This document shows positions 26,526 through 39,424 of a stretch of DNA of 64,000 nucleotides, piece by piece. The position numbers and the translations under genes were made by a program. The notes beneath the pieces are model-generated. The model was given only the letters and a program-made list of their open reading frames with translations, did no database searches and was not told the DNA's origin. Source of the DNA: Mytilus edulis (Eukaryota); assembly GCF_963676685.1 (NCBI RefSeq), contig NC_092352.1, forward strand, positions 78,058,001 to 78,122,000, given 5' to 3'. The stretch's first letter is position 1; each line of letters starts with the position of its first letter.

Positions 26526-29500
26526 TTCTGTTCAATTCTACTAATTATTGTTTCTACACTAATTAAATAAATAACTTGAGGGCTTTATGTGTACGTTAGT
26601 ATTAAACTTTCTAAAAAATGAATATCGATTTTTGATGGCTGTTATTCTGAGGTCTCCTGACCTGATGGAAATGGAACCGTAGCTTCTTCCAAAAAAAAAT
26701 GTTATAAAATCATGTCACTGACTGCTAAAGAGTGTACGATGCAAGTATATTAAATAGTTTGAACTTAAAAATAAATTATCTGGTTTATTGTGCAGATCAC
26801 AACCTAAGGGTACATTTGTACCAGAATATGTGAGCAATTCACCTGATCATCGGGAATAACAACACAATTATTAAGATTTGAAGAATCTTGCCATAAAGCA
26901 AACGCATATAAATAGTTAATGAATATGGATGGAAGAACTCTAAGAAAGTTCAATTCAGTTGGATATGAAAACAACCTGTGGATTTATGCATATGAGAAAC
27001 TATTGAGAACGCATATACTTTTATTATCTATTTTTATTTTTATATTTATTTTGTTTCAATTCAAAGATTTTATGAGGCACACCAGGGAAACTTGCATTAA
27101 GAAGGTCATGCATATTTCAGGAAAACTACAACTTCTAAGATTGGAGTGGAGATCACCTGTAAGGTGCGTGGTTCGAACTTACAACCTCAGTGATACAGTA
27201 GATGAACTATTTAGACCACTTGTACACCGAGGCGCAGAGAATACTTGCCGAAGACACTGTACGTTATCAATACAAATATGAATATGAACAGATATAAGAA
27301 TATGTGGTATGAATAACAATGAGACAACTAGCAATCAAAGTCACAAACTTCAAACCTAAGGGAATATTTTAACATGATAAGTAGGTATCCAAAACATTTT
27401 GAAAATGAGAAAATAAGGGGTCAAAAACAGGCCTTATCGTACCTTGTCCTCTAACCATGCAAAGATAGCTTCCAGAAAAATTGTGAAAGAATTTTCGAAA
27501 AAGGGACCAAACAGTCTTGAAAACAAATATAAATAGATACATTAACATGTTAACAGTTCTCCTTTTTACCTTTGAACTTGACTAGTAAATTCACCTCGGT
27601 TGTCTTGTCCACGTGACAGTGTCAATTTATTTTCGATTTATGAGCTTTACTGTCCCTCTGGTATCTGTCTTCCTTATTTTGCGCTTGTGTGCTCAGTGTA
27701 TTTATAGAGAGTAATGTAACTGACTGCAGACCGTTATCACGAGGAGTAGTTCATAAACAATATATATCAGATGGTCAGTCTGATATAAATCATGGTTATT
27801 TTCATTTATCATTTGCATGTTCTCGTGGTGGGTATCACGTAATATTTGCCACGTTAAACCACCACCCATTATCGTCATATATAATATAACCGTGATATGC
27901 AATCGCTTGAGGCGGGAGTCGCTACATATGCCACAAAATTGAAAGCAATTCTAGTATATATATCTAGACGTGATTATGATAAATAAGTAGTCATACTAAA
28001 ACTAAAACATCACTAGTTGAAAAAAGCAAACATTTTGAAAATGCCAATTATCGTGCATCAATATAATGGAATCTTCCATTCGTAAGTGGATTGATATGGA
28101 AATATTTTTCTAAGATAAAATCTTAACGGGCTATATTTCCATTAATATTACAAATTGTTTTAGGTATCAATACATTTGTATGAAAGACTACAGTAGCCTT
28201 TGAATATCCAATGTCTTCTTTTTAGTTTAAGTCACTTTAACAAAAAATACTGTAAAATGATCTTATTTTTATGGTAATGATAATATATATTAAGAAAAAG
28301 TTAGAAGATATTGATAACATACAACCAAGGTCTCATTATAATTTGATTTAAGCATATTCTAAAATATTGTAATCTTCTAATTTCTGTCAAACGATCCGGC
28401 ATTTTCTCCAGAGGCAAAATCAGATGTCATTTTAAGACATCATTTTTTTGTTTAAGATGGCATTTAATTTTATTAATTCCTTTCACGATATTAAATGTGT
28501 CCTTTAAATTGTTATTTCCAAAGATTTTTTTTTCTGATTGTTTATGGAAATTATAAGTGCTGTTTTTAGAAAACTACAGATTTAGGAAAATATGACGTCT
28601 TCAAGAAATCTAATTATCTGTCCAATGATATGCTCGTTCAATAGATCTACCTTCAAATATTATATTTATTGTATCTTTATTGGGATTTAAGAAAAATCAG
28701 ATTTCCCAAATCGGGGAAGATTTCGATGACAAAGTACTCGAGTTTTTTTCAAATCGGCGTCATTTAAAACAATCGTAGAATTGAGAATGTATTACTGAAC
28801 TGATTTTTGAAAATCGTAGAATGCATTGCTGAAATTGCTGGATTACTGAAAAAAGAGGCAAAATGGATTCGAAAATAAATAACACCGAAGCCAAAAAGGA
28901 ACAAAATATATAAACAGACAGGCTGCAGTACACAAAACACGACATAAAACAAGAAGATATATTCAAGTAACAGTCGGATATGTTAAACTGTCCGGATTAT
29001 CTTAGAGTGAGGGGGGGGGGGGTTAGTGTTGCCCAGTATTTTGTCTTAAGTAGTTGTTTGTAGAATGTTGATTGTCTTTTCGTCAATATAACTATTTTTT
29101 CGTATATTTTCCAAGTCTCTCACCGACTAATGAGTTTTGATTCTATCGCCCAGTCTTCTTATACATCATTATCAGATTAACTTTAAAAAACACCTATGTA
29201 GCAATGATAAAAAAGTTTGGGTGTCCCATTACAAGTCATTTAAAATGTTTCAATCTGACAGAGTTTCAAACTCGATATGAAAGTTATCATGTGATGCTTC
29301 GTTAATATCTACCAATACATTCAGTAGAAAATACAAGCAAAACATTTTTTATATTTATAGTTTATTACTTTTTAATAAGTTAAATACTTTATCAGTTGTT
29401 TTGTAATCGAACGCAAGGTGTATATCGTATGTAGATAAACTCATCATAGATACCAGTGGATGTAGTGGATCTCGCGCATTCAGGTAATGATTTGTTCAAC

Positions 29501-30426
29501 GATAAAATCCGTAATTATTGTTAAAAGTATGGTTGTCTATTTGGACAAATTTAGACAAGTTTGATTTACCCTTTTATGTCAAAAACTAATAACAAAATCA
29601 GATCTGATTCTGAAATTTCTGTGACATTTGTTTTTTGAATGCTCGCTGTTCGTGTACTAGAAAATCAAACTTGTTGACAAATTGTCGTTAAATACTAAGA
29701 GCTTGAGTCCATGAGTCTTGGTTAATGATTTTAGTTTACTTACTAACATTTCCACAAATTATAATCATAGTATTACATTTACTTTTCATCGGGGTGTAGT
29801 AAACCAATCATTATCTGTATGACACAGCTAATAATTAGTTCGGTCTTGTATTTTAAAAGGTCTTTCTTGATATAAACGATAGTCAAATTGAAGGTAGAAA
29901 GTTTCATTTAATTTCAATTAAATAAGGTATACTCCAATATAGAACAAACACATTTGTGTCCAGAGTAAAATCCGAGACAAGTGGTATTTACAGCATTGTG
30001 ATTATTTTATTTTTCATATGCACTTGTATGGCATCTAATTGGAACTGTAGTGGAGAAGTGTATACAAGAAAACCAGATGTTTGTATTTACTGTACATGTA
30101 CGTACTATCAACTACAAAACGACATTTGCTGACATCTATGTCTTATTAACTATCAGTTGCATACTTTTGTGTTTGTGTCTGCCATTTAAATGTGTGTTTC
30201 AATTTTGTAGTCAGTAGTGTACGTGTTGTATGTCTCTGATATATGATAACACAGTTAAGTCAGTCCAATATATTGGCACATTAACCAATTATGTCTGTTT
30301 GGGTTGCTCACCTAGTTTCGTCAATATAATGGAATGAAAAAACAATCTGGCTGTATAGCTCGTTAAACTACCCATGTTTATGACAGCTATTTTTAGGTTC
30401 GCTTTTATTGACAAAATTGGGTTAAT

Positions 30427-30655
30427 TAGTTATCAAAAGTACCAGGATTATCATTTTATACGCCAGACGCTCGTTTCGTCTACATAAGACTCATCAGTGA
30501 CGCACAGATCAAAAGAGTTAAAAAGCCAAATAAATACAAAGTTGAAGAGCATTGAGGATAAAAAATTCCTAAAAGTTGTGCCAAATATGGCTAAGGTAAT
30601 CTATACCTGGGGTAAGAAAATCGTTAGTTTTTGGAACAATTCAAAGTTTTGTAAA
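30427..30655 (-). mobile_element. Hammerhead-bearing short retroelement, copy 2
   Basis: Aligns with 59440-59670. Hammerhead at 30460-30503: gcgtca-CTGATGA-gtct tatgt agac-GAAAC-gagc-GTC-tggcgt. Confidence 0.75.
30460..30503 (-). ncRNA. Minimal type I hammerhead ribozyme (core intact, stem III loop GAGC)
   Basis: All conserved core nucleotides are present. One change makes loop III non-palindromic. Confidence 0.8.
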
Positions 30656-31621
30656 CACCACTACCAGAAATACTTGGTTTATGTGACAATATAAGGCTCC
30701 AGCAGCCAAATCCAATCATCCTTTACTACTATATTGTACTTCCAATGATAAAAACGAATTGGAATCGATATTATATGCATAATTCAATTATAAACATCAT
30801 ATGAAGTTTTCTATTCAATATTTATAAATTTACAGAAAACAATCCTGACCAATTGTTGGCCATTACGGTATTTAGAACACGATATAAGCAAGAACATGGT
30901 ATTGAAATATGATTATGAACACTGTTTTTGACCTGACACGTTCACAGGAAGACATTACACCATATAGGGATTCCGATCGGTACTCTAACTTGAAGCCTAC
31001 CAGGCTTTAGTCTTACCCATTTAAACACGTATTATGTATCAGATTTTTGAAAAGCCATCTATTTCAATGTAAATCCGTGCTTCAAAGATCGTCAGTTTAC
31101 AGAAAATGTTTTATTATTTTCCGCGCAATCTTTAATTACTATTCTTGTCTGGAATCTGTGACATATTTACGACATCTTCATTACAAAATAAATTAATATG
31201 GTCACATTAATAGGTCAAACGACTTGCTAGAAGACATGATATAAACTTTTTAATTAATCAAAAATCTTAATACTAAGACGTCAGGATTAAGCTACGGAAT
31301 TAGTCTTATCTACATAAATTAATTGACTTTTAAAACTATGCTTTATCATTGATTTACAACACACGACTTAGACTTATTTTCAAGGTTCCTCTTTAGGTGT
31401 TCAAAGCTAGTTACTACAGAAGAAATGCGCTTTGCATCAAGAACTTGGAATAAATTCGAGTCTGTAATGCCTGGAAGGGAACATTGGAATTAATTCTTTT
31501 TTTTAATGAAAAAGAATAACATTTTGTATTGAATAAAACACTTTACAATAAAGGTTCTTTTTCCCTTTTGAAATCCATTATCATGGTAAATGTACCTGCG
31601 TGATAAAAACTTTATGATTTA

Positions 31622-31773
31622 TAGGTTCGTGTAGCTTAGTGGTAAGTAAGCTATGTTGTGTCTTGTGTACTATTATTTGTCTGTTTGTCATTTTCTTTTT
31701 TAGCCATGACGTTGTCAGTTTATTTTCGATCTATCAGTTTAAATGTCCCTCTGGTATCTTTTGCCCTTCTTTT
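31622..31773 (+). repeat. Dispersed repeat family R3 (ggttcgtgttgct...ttagccatggcgttgtcagttt...tgtccctctggtatctttcg), probable PLE 3' end
   Basis: Matches 47547-47693 and 27612-27680, with decayed copies at ~11850-11945 and 51730-51850. Confidence 0.65.
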
Positions 31774-32941
31774 ATGACAGTTAGTTTTCATCATCAAAAC
31801 TATATTTATTTTAAGATCATTCATAAATATGTTGGTTCATTAGAAAGTAAACAGATATTTTTGTAAAGTTCTGTCGACCTTTTTTGTACAGCTGTCAACA
31901 CTTTTCCTTTCACATTACCTGGGGTTATAATGTTTAGGAAATGTTGACTAATATTAATTGCTATGCACACCACGGCGACTGTTTTACTTATCCCTATTTT
32001 CAGCTGGTAACAACGTGACCAAACTAGACTTTTTGAGTATTTGAATTATAATATTCTAAAGAGACATACAAAAATGTAGTTTTCATATATAAAAATGATG
32101 AGCTGTTGTATGATTGCCAATGAGACAACAATCCGACAAAGATCACATGACGATGATGCAAACAACAACAATGCATTATATGGTGTTAGTAAACTAAAAT
32201 ACTTTCATTATGTGAGCTTCACCGGACACCTTTCCCTAATTCAGAGTAATAGATTGATCGTTTGTTGACCAATATGTGGCAAATGTTTCCCTCATACGGA
32301 AAAAAAATGAATTAAAAGTTATACAGTATAAAATAACGAAATACGTCATTATTCCTTTAGCGAAACCGAATCCGTTTTGTTTGCCAGCAATGAAAGTGAG
32401 ACATACTCTCAATTATTTTCAGCGATGGATTCTGATTATGTTTCCTAGACGACAATATCTCTGTGTCTATGTACATTATTATACTCTATTTTAGCCCTCC
32501 ATTAATAATATCATGAAGCAAAGTAACAATCAGTTACAATGTATCGCCAGTGATGGAGTTGGGCGATACTAGCTTTATTTAAAACACCGACATCTAAGGT
32601 ACATTATAATAGGGGGGAGTCCAAACAAACTGAGAAAATCAAATATTCAACTGAATTATCTATAATGAAACGAATTGAAAGTGATTGTCGTGCAAGTCCC
32701 TTTCGATCATATTGTTTTCTTTAAGTATTAAACCATTTCATTTTGTTTGTGTCTGTCCTAAGTTAGAGCCTCTGGTCTTTGTAAGTCTTGTATGTTTTTT
32801 TTAAATATTAGTTCATTTATATGTTTTAGAGTTCAGTGTGACGTCCATTTTCCCTGAACTAGTACAGACTTTTACTTTGATGAATTGTGACTTGGATGGA
32901 GAGTTGTCTCATTGGCATTCATACCGCATCTTCCTATATTT

Positions 32942-33147
32942 ATCATCATAGATACCAGGTTTTAAATTTTGTAATTGCACCAGACGCGCTTTTCGTCTAC
33001 AAAAGACTCATCAGTGACGCGCGAATAAAAAAAGAGTTAAAAATGTCAAATAAAGTACAAAGTTGAAGAGCATTGAGGACCAAAAATTCCAAAAAGGTTT
33101 GCCTAATGCAGCTAAGGTATTCTATTCCTGATGAAAAAAAGCCTCAG
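32942..33147 (-). mobile_element. Hammerhead-bearing short retroelement, copy 3
   Basis: Hammerhead at 32977-33020: gcgtca-CTGATGA-gtct tttgt agac-GAAAA-gcgc-GTC-tggtgc (stem III C>A mismatch). Confidence 0.72.
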
Positions 33148-35021
33148 TCAATGATGCAAAGTTTCTAAAATTTAGGACGCATCCCACTTGGACAGAGTTG
33201 TACTTTTTTTCTTTTTTTTTTTTATCGAATTAGCAAAGCTTCAGACCGATATTGAATCTCTGGTTGGTTCAAAATAAAGATTTCAAATAGCGAAACCGGG
33301 ACAGTAGATATATACATATATATAATCGTGCTGAAAATTTATAAACTAAAACCTTAAAAATTCGGTTTGACATATAACTTAAGTACACTAGGGAGATACA
33401 TATATAGAAAACTGACAACTGAACACTCTATATGATATACAAACATAAACAAAAATAAAGTTTGGATCTAGATCTAGACGCTTGCCGTGTTTATAACAAC
33501 ATGAACAACACATGTTTGAAATTCATTTTACTTGTTATGTAAACACAAAATGTACCTGTTTGACATTTAGCACACATTCGTCCAGTCACTTAGCAAATAC
33601 AGTAAATACCAGTTCAACTTAATCTAAAGCTTGCATTTTTTCATATAGCATACTTTCATGAGACTCTTTTAGAAAATGTCGAATTAAAAAAATTGTTTTT
33701 ATTATAAATGATTACTCTATATCGATAGAAAGCATTTCTGTTCGTGCAAATATGTTTATACATGTACCAATTTAGCTTCAAAGAGATTTTATATTCAATA
33801 GTCCATTCCTCTTCATATTATATGTATTAAAATGTTTTTGTTTGTTTCCTTTTGCATAGAATATTCTATAAACATGATTAAGTGGTACAAATTGAACAAA
33901 TTGCAAAATTTCATCAAAGTGGTTCTTTTATTCCTATAAATTGCAGATCTTTAAAGACTGAATTGCATACAAAAGTATGTTGAATAGTTTTTAAGTGCTA
34001 GATTGACAACAGGGAATTTGTTAAAATCCTAATATGAGATTGTAAAATAGAAATGTTTTGGTCATTCACCTTGTATTCATAAGCCAATAGCAACAGTCAA
34101 GGTTTATTTAAAAGAAAACAAAAGGAATGATATGCATTTTAAGTGGTAGAGCAGAACTTGTAAATTAAAAAGGTCAAACTCTATATGCAACAGTCAACTT
34201 CTGTGAATATAGATAACGCTAAGTAACGCTGTAACTCAATCAAATATATTTCAATAACAAGCTGATATGACATATTCTATTCTAAATATTCCCACGTGTC
34301 TAAGTATTTTTTTAATTAAGTTGTTTTTCTTGTTCTTAAAAATCTTCTTAAACAATATAAGAACATGAGGTAATTGTTGGGATTTTACAACCAACCTTTG
34401 AAGACAAAGATTCTTTTTTCAGGAATGACATCTTTTATTAGATTTCTCGACAATATTAAAACATTAGTAGAGTTGAAGGACCAAGTTCTAATAATGGCAT
34501 ACTTTTCCATCATGTTTAATACTGTTTTTGCTTAACAATGTAATGAAGACAATAATCAATAATGAGAGATATCTATATGTTTAAACGAAATATACAAGGT
34601 CATATAAACTTCAAACATTAAACAGGGGGAAGTATCTTGCCTAAAACGGTTTCCATTGTTTACAGATCATAACACAAGTATTTATTTTATTTGACATGGT
34701 ATTTAGAGGTTGCTTGTTAATCATTCATGACATAAAAAAAGTAAAGTTATATGGACAGAATCGTTTGCATTCAGAAAAATATTCTCCTCCATGTACAAAA
34801 ACTGATGAAATATATATTTTTTTTATCAGGAAATCTATGTTTTTGAGTCAGGAATATGACAGTTGTTGTCCATTCGTTTTGTGTCATTTAATTTAGCTAT
34901 TTGATTAGGGACTTTTCGTTTTAAAATTTCCTCGGAGTTTAGTATTATTTGGTAATGATACTTTTGTTTTTAAAATCAAACTGTCATCAGGTATGCTAAA
35001 AGTTTGTTTCTTTAGATGTCA

Positions 35022-35170
35022 ATAAACTCATCATAGATGCCAGTACTAAATTTTGTTTATACGCCAGACGCGCGTTTCGTCTACAAAAGACTCATCAGTG
35101 ACGCTCGAATTCAAAAAAGTTAAAAAGGCCAAATAAAGTACGAAGTTGAAGAGTATTGAGGACCAAAATT
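35022..35170 (-). mobile_element. Hammerhead-bearing short retroelement, copy 4 (5'-truncated)
   Basis: Close match to 2641-2800 and contains an intact hammerhead. Confidence 0.75.
35061..35104 (-). ncRNA. Intact minimal type I hammerhead ribozyme
   Basis: Minus strand: gcgtca-CTGATGA-gtct tttgt agac-GAAAC-gcgc-GTC/tggcgt. Stem I is 6 bp with two G-U pairs, stem II is 4 bp, and stem III/loop is the palindrome ACGCGCGU. Confidence 0.88.
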
Positions 35171-36853
35171 ACTATTACTATTATGCATATGTAGCTACGA
35201 AAACAAGTACAGTTTTTTTTTAATATTTAACAGTTTTATCAACAATCAGTCTTCCACTGCATTTCTCAAATTTGTCGTAAAGTTGTTGGTTGTGTATAGA
35301 CCATGGTTCATTAGTAGGAGGAAAATTCAAAACAGAAAGTCCGTCAACAAATGGCAAAACTAAAAAACATCAAACACATCAAACGAATGGACAACAACTG
35401 TCACATTTCTGATTTGGTACATGTAACAACAATCACATTCCTGACTTGGTATCAAAACTTGTGTTATGGACAGTGAACAGCTATATACTATTATTGTCTT
35501 TGTTTATCTACTATTTTTCATATGTAGAAAATGGTAGATTAAACCTGTTTTTGTAGCTAGCTTACCCTCTGACTTGTATGGCAGTCGCATTAAATTCTAA
35601 TATATTGACAACGATCTGTGGACAAAACAAACAGACATAATACATGTAATACGTAAAAAAATCAAAAATATTTGAATAAAATAAACATGTTTATGGAGCA
35701 ATTATAATAGCAAGAAAATTACGTTAGTTAATAATTGTTAAAAGTGCATCAGTCTTATCTGACAAAATAATTCAAAGTATCAGAAACTAATTTACATTTC
35801 AACGTAATTAATTGAAAGCATATTACAATCTAAATTAATCTCATTCAAAGTAATACCTGTAAATCAAATGGCAAAATATGCATATTGGATCATAATAATA
35901 CGTTATTCTTTACAAGTTTTGTCTGATGACGGAACCATGATATTTTTCTTGATTTACTACCGTGAAAGTATCGCGATATAAAGTTACTGGCATGTAGATG
36001 TTTTATAATATTGAAGAGAATAATAAAATGGTTTTATTGTTGCATATATTAGAATTAAGAGATCCAAAATTTCTTTGAAAACAAAGAAAGTATGCTAATT
36101 GTTATCACCCTTGTTTCCAGAACTGATAATTCAATAATGCAAATCTTTGCAGATCAGTAGATAACATATCGAAAAAAAAATCTCTATAAAAACAGATTGT
36201 ATCAGCGAATGTTGTACAACACGATATTTCCCTACTATTGACTATAAACTTGAAATATTTTAAAAGCTTGGCAAGCCTTACGTTTTAAATTTAGAATATA
36301 ATCTGCATCGAGTAAAGACATATGGTATCACGTGTGATGCAGCAGATTTATAAACATAATGGTTGCATTTTGTAAATACAGCTGTTACTCAAACCACGCC
36401 TCTTTTTGGGAGAAATATAATATTCATAGATAATTAATGTTGTTTACGCACTGGTTCCCAGATATTATCTATTTGTTTTATCTCTTAGAGCCATAACTTT
36501 AATATGTTATCATCAAATATACATATGCATATCGATATCGGTTAAATAGAAATCTGCGGAACACCTAAAGTCAAGGTAAGGATAGTTCAGAATTCGTTGG
36601 CCTTTTCACTTCACGTATATTTTATCATCCCCAGCCCGATCTGCAATATTGCTTATTGCGCTTACATATACAAATAACGTAAGACAACTATCAACAAATC
36701 AATAAATCATATCCGGCTGAGAACCCGACGTCACTCTTTGTATTTTACTTCCTTCTGGGTGAAACAAGGTTTAGTGTCATGGCATATGCCTTAGATTAAA
36801 AACAAAATTACGGAAATCGTAATAAAAGAAGCTAGTAACATTTCCGCTTGTCT

Positions 36854-37321
36854 TTTTCATTTCCTATTGTTAATTATCCATTTCTAGATGGTGACGTTCC
36901 CTTGTCACCATCTTATGGTGTTTATATATCTCAACTTGTACGATTCGCTCGTGTATGTAACAATGTATTAGATTTTAGCGAGAGAAATTTATGTATTACT
37001 GAAAAATTATTACACCAGGGTTTTCGATATCACAAACTGGTCAAAACATTTACTAAATTTTATCACCGGTATAAGGAAATAATTCGTAAATATAACTCAA
37101 CATGCAGACATCTTATACGTTCAGGTATTTCACATCCAAAATTTTATGGAAATATTCTTTATAAAGCACAAAAATGTCAGTATTCTCCTCAGAAACTAAC
37201 AAAACCTTTAAATAGACTTATTAAAAGGGGATATAGTTACGATACTGTTGTCAGGTCATTAAAGATTGCATATTTTGGCTTTAACATTGATTCACTGATA
37301 GGATCTTTGCATCGGAACTAA
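36854..37321 (+). pseudogene. C-terminal fragment of Penelope-like reverse transcriptase (thumb/C-terminal helical region), open but 5'-truncated
   Basis: FSFPIVNYPFLDGDVPLSPSYGVYISQLVRFARVC...KLLHQGFRYHKLVKTFTKFY matches the FPIVNFPFL..NIP.SPAYGVYISQLIRYARAC...KLL.QG....L...F.KFY motif of invertebrate PLE RTs. The track's TTG start lies in host flank. No GIY-YIG follows before the stop. Confidence 0.85.
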
Positions 37322-37375
37322 ACACATTTATTTCTTAAAAAAACAGTTGTTGGCATGACACGGGTTATGTTCTTC

Positions 37376-37442
37376 TCATATATTTTATGATAGTATGATA
37401 CTAAACCCCTAACGGGAGGGATTGTACCTGATATTCATATGA
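37376..37442 (+). promoter_or_regulatory. Putative SECIS element (type II-like) in the PLE 3' UTR
   Basis: ATGAT (37387-91), helix II AGTATGATACT (37392-402), AAA (37403-05), ministem CCC/GGG (37406-16), helix II GGGATTGTACC (37418-28), TGAT (37429-32). Helix I is tcatat/atatga. Helix II has 9 of 11 pairs including G-U. It lies ~65 nt after the ORF stop. Confidence 0.65.
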
Positions 37443-38843
37443 TGAAGACATAATCTTTCAATCAGTTTAATTGAGGTCTGGAGCTGGCATGTCAGTTAAC
37501 TGCTAGTAGTCTGTTGTTATTTATGTATTATTGTCATTTTATTTATTTTCTTTTGTTACATCTTTTGACATCAGACTCGGACTTCTCTTGAACTGAATTT
37601 TAATGTGCGTATTGTTATTCTTTTACTTTTCTACATTGGCTAGAGGTATAGGGGGAGGGTTGAGATCTCATAAACATGTTTAACCCCGCCGCATTTTTGC
37701 GCCTGTCCCAAGTCAGGAGCCTCTGGCCTTTGTTAGTCTTGTATGATTTTAATTTTTAGTTTCTTGTGTATAATTCGGAGTTTAGTATGACGTCCATTAT
37801 CACTGTACTATTATGCATATTTTAGGGGCCAGCTGAAGGACACCTACGGGTGCGGGAATTCTCGCTACATTGAAGACCCATTGGTTGCCTTCGGCTGTTG
37901 TTTGCTCTATGGTCGGGTGGTTGTCGCTTTGACATATTCACCATTTCCTTTCTCAATTTTATTGTTAATGAAAATTCGTGCTTTTATATTTGAAAGAAGG
38001 ATTGTTTCAGTTGCTTTAACATGGTTGTACGTGATGTAAAACAATTATTACTAGGTTATTCTCCCATATATTACCTAATGCCCTTTTTAAAGACTGTTAC
38101 TATTTCTATATAGGGTATTTGGTTCCATTATCCAGAAAATCGTAAGAGCCAGTGACAGCCCCATCTTCTAAAAAGATAAAATAAAAATGTGTTTTAGCAG
38201 TAATTAATCATTTGTTATAAAAATCATGTTTAATGGAAAATTGACTGCCAATGTGTTAGATTTCTCACGGACTAAGGTTTACATAAAATCCGAGACATTT
38301 AAGTTTTCTATAAAGTGGTTAGTTGACTGTTTGCAAATTGAGATTTAGTAAAACAAAAATACAGAACTCTGAGGAAAATTCAAAACGAAAGGTCCCTAAT
38401 CGAATGGCAAAGACAAAGCTCAAACACATTTAACACATGGATAACAACTGTCACAATCCTGATTTGGTACAGGCATTTCCTTATGTAGACAATAGTGGAT
38501 TAAACCTTGCTTTAAAGCTATCTCAACCTCTCGCTGTATGATAGTGGTATACTATTCCATTATATTGACAATGATGTGTGAACAAAACAAACAGACATAA
38601 AAGATTAAGATGTAAAAATAGGGATACGATAGTAAATATTGTGCTATAATCTTAATTACATAAAAAAGAAACTCAGAAACAAGAAAAGGGCATATAGAAA
38701 AAGCACATAAACAAACAAGGAAGACAATAATGCAAACGGATACCATAGAACAAACACACAATGACGGAATGTATAAGTACCGAAAATAAATGAAATGCAA
38801 ACGAATGAATTGATAACACTTATTTCAATAAATTTATGTCAAA

Positions 38844-39424
38844 AGGAGTAGGTCCGGTAAGGACTCATTTTGGCCTCAAATTTCAGTTTCATCTGACGAA
38901 AGATTTTGACCATGTTTTAAACACTTAAGTGTCTATTTCACTCAATTCAATTAGTTTATGTGAAAGATTTTAACTGATTAAGTCATTAAAAACGATCCGA
39001 TTGAAGCTCAAATATGAAAAATCTCTCAAATATGCCAAAAAAACGTCACTTTTCAGATGATTTTTGTCAAAAATGAAAGTGGCCGCATCCGTGTTCATCC
39101 ACAACCTTTATATATGTTATGTATTATCATAAAATACAACTTTCATTGCAATATTAAGGATGAACACGAATGCGGCCACTTTCGTTTTACACGGAAACCG
39201 TCTAAAATTTAACTAAAATGATAGAATTTTGAAGATTTCAGTAATTTACCATGACTTAATGGTGATACAACCCTATATATGTGCATTGTATTGTCAAAAA
39301 CAGCCCATATTTATGTAGCAGAAGCATTCAACTGTCCAATAAATAACTAAACGTTTACATTTTAACAATTTTGTAAAACTGTTATATTTTTGGGCCAAAA
39401 AGGGGCCTTACCGGACCTACTCCT
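38844..39424. mobile_element. Non-autonomous TIR element A (Kolobok-like)
   Basis: TIR aggagtaggtccggtaagg...ccttaccggacctactcct, extending imperfectly to ~35 bp. TTAA follows at 39425-28. Internal inverted repeat at ~39069-39100 / 39158-39188. Absent from the paralog at ~22515. Confidence 0.8.

Larger units (their letters stand above)
36853..37961 (+). mobile_element. 5'-truncated Penelope-like retroelement (Naiad-like): RT C-terminus plus ~640-bp 3' UTR
   Basis: The paralogous empty site at ~16645-16660 (ctcgtc|ttgttaatga) defines both ends. It contains a PLE-type RT C-terminal ORF. Its 3' end (gttgtcgctttgacatattcaccatttcctttctcaatttta) recurs at 52140-52511, 57135-57195 and 58870-58912. 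Confidence 0.85.

Noticed and set aside
37443-37500. Second SECIS-like hairpin (ATGAAgacat...atgtc)
   Set aside because: It lacks the opposing GA of the non-Watson-Crick quartet and a regular helix II.
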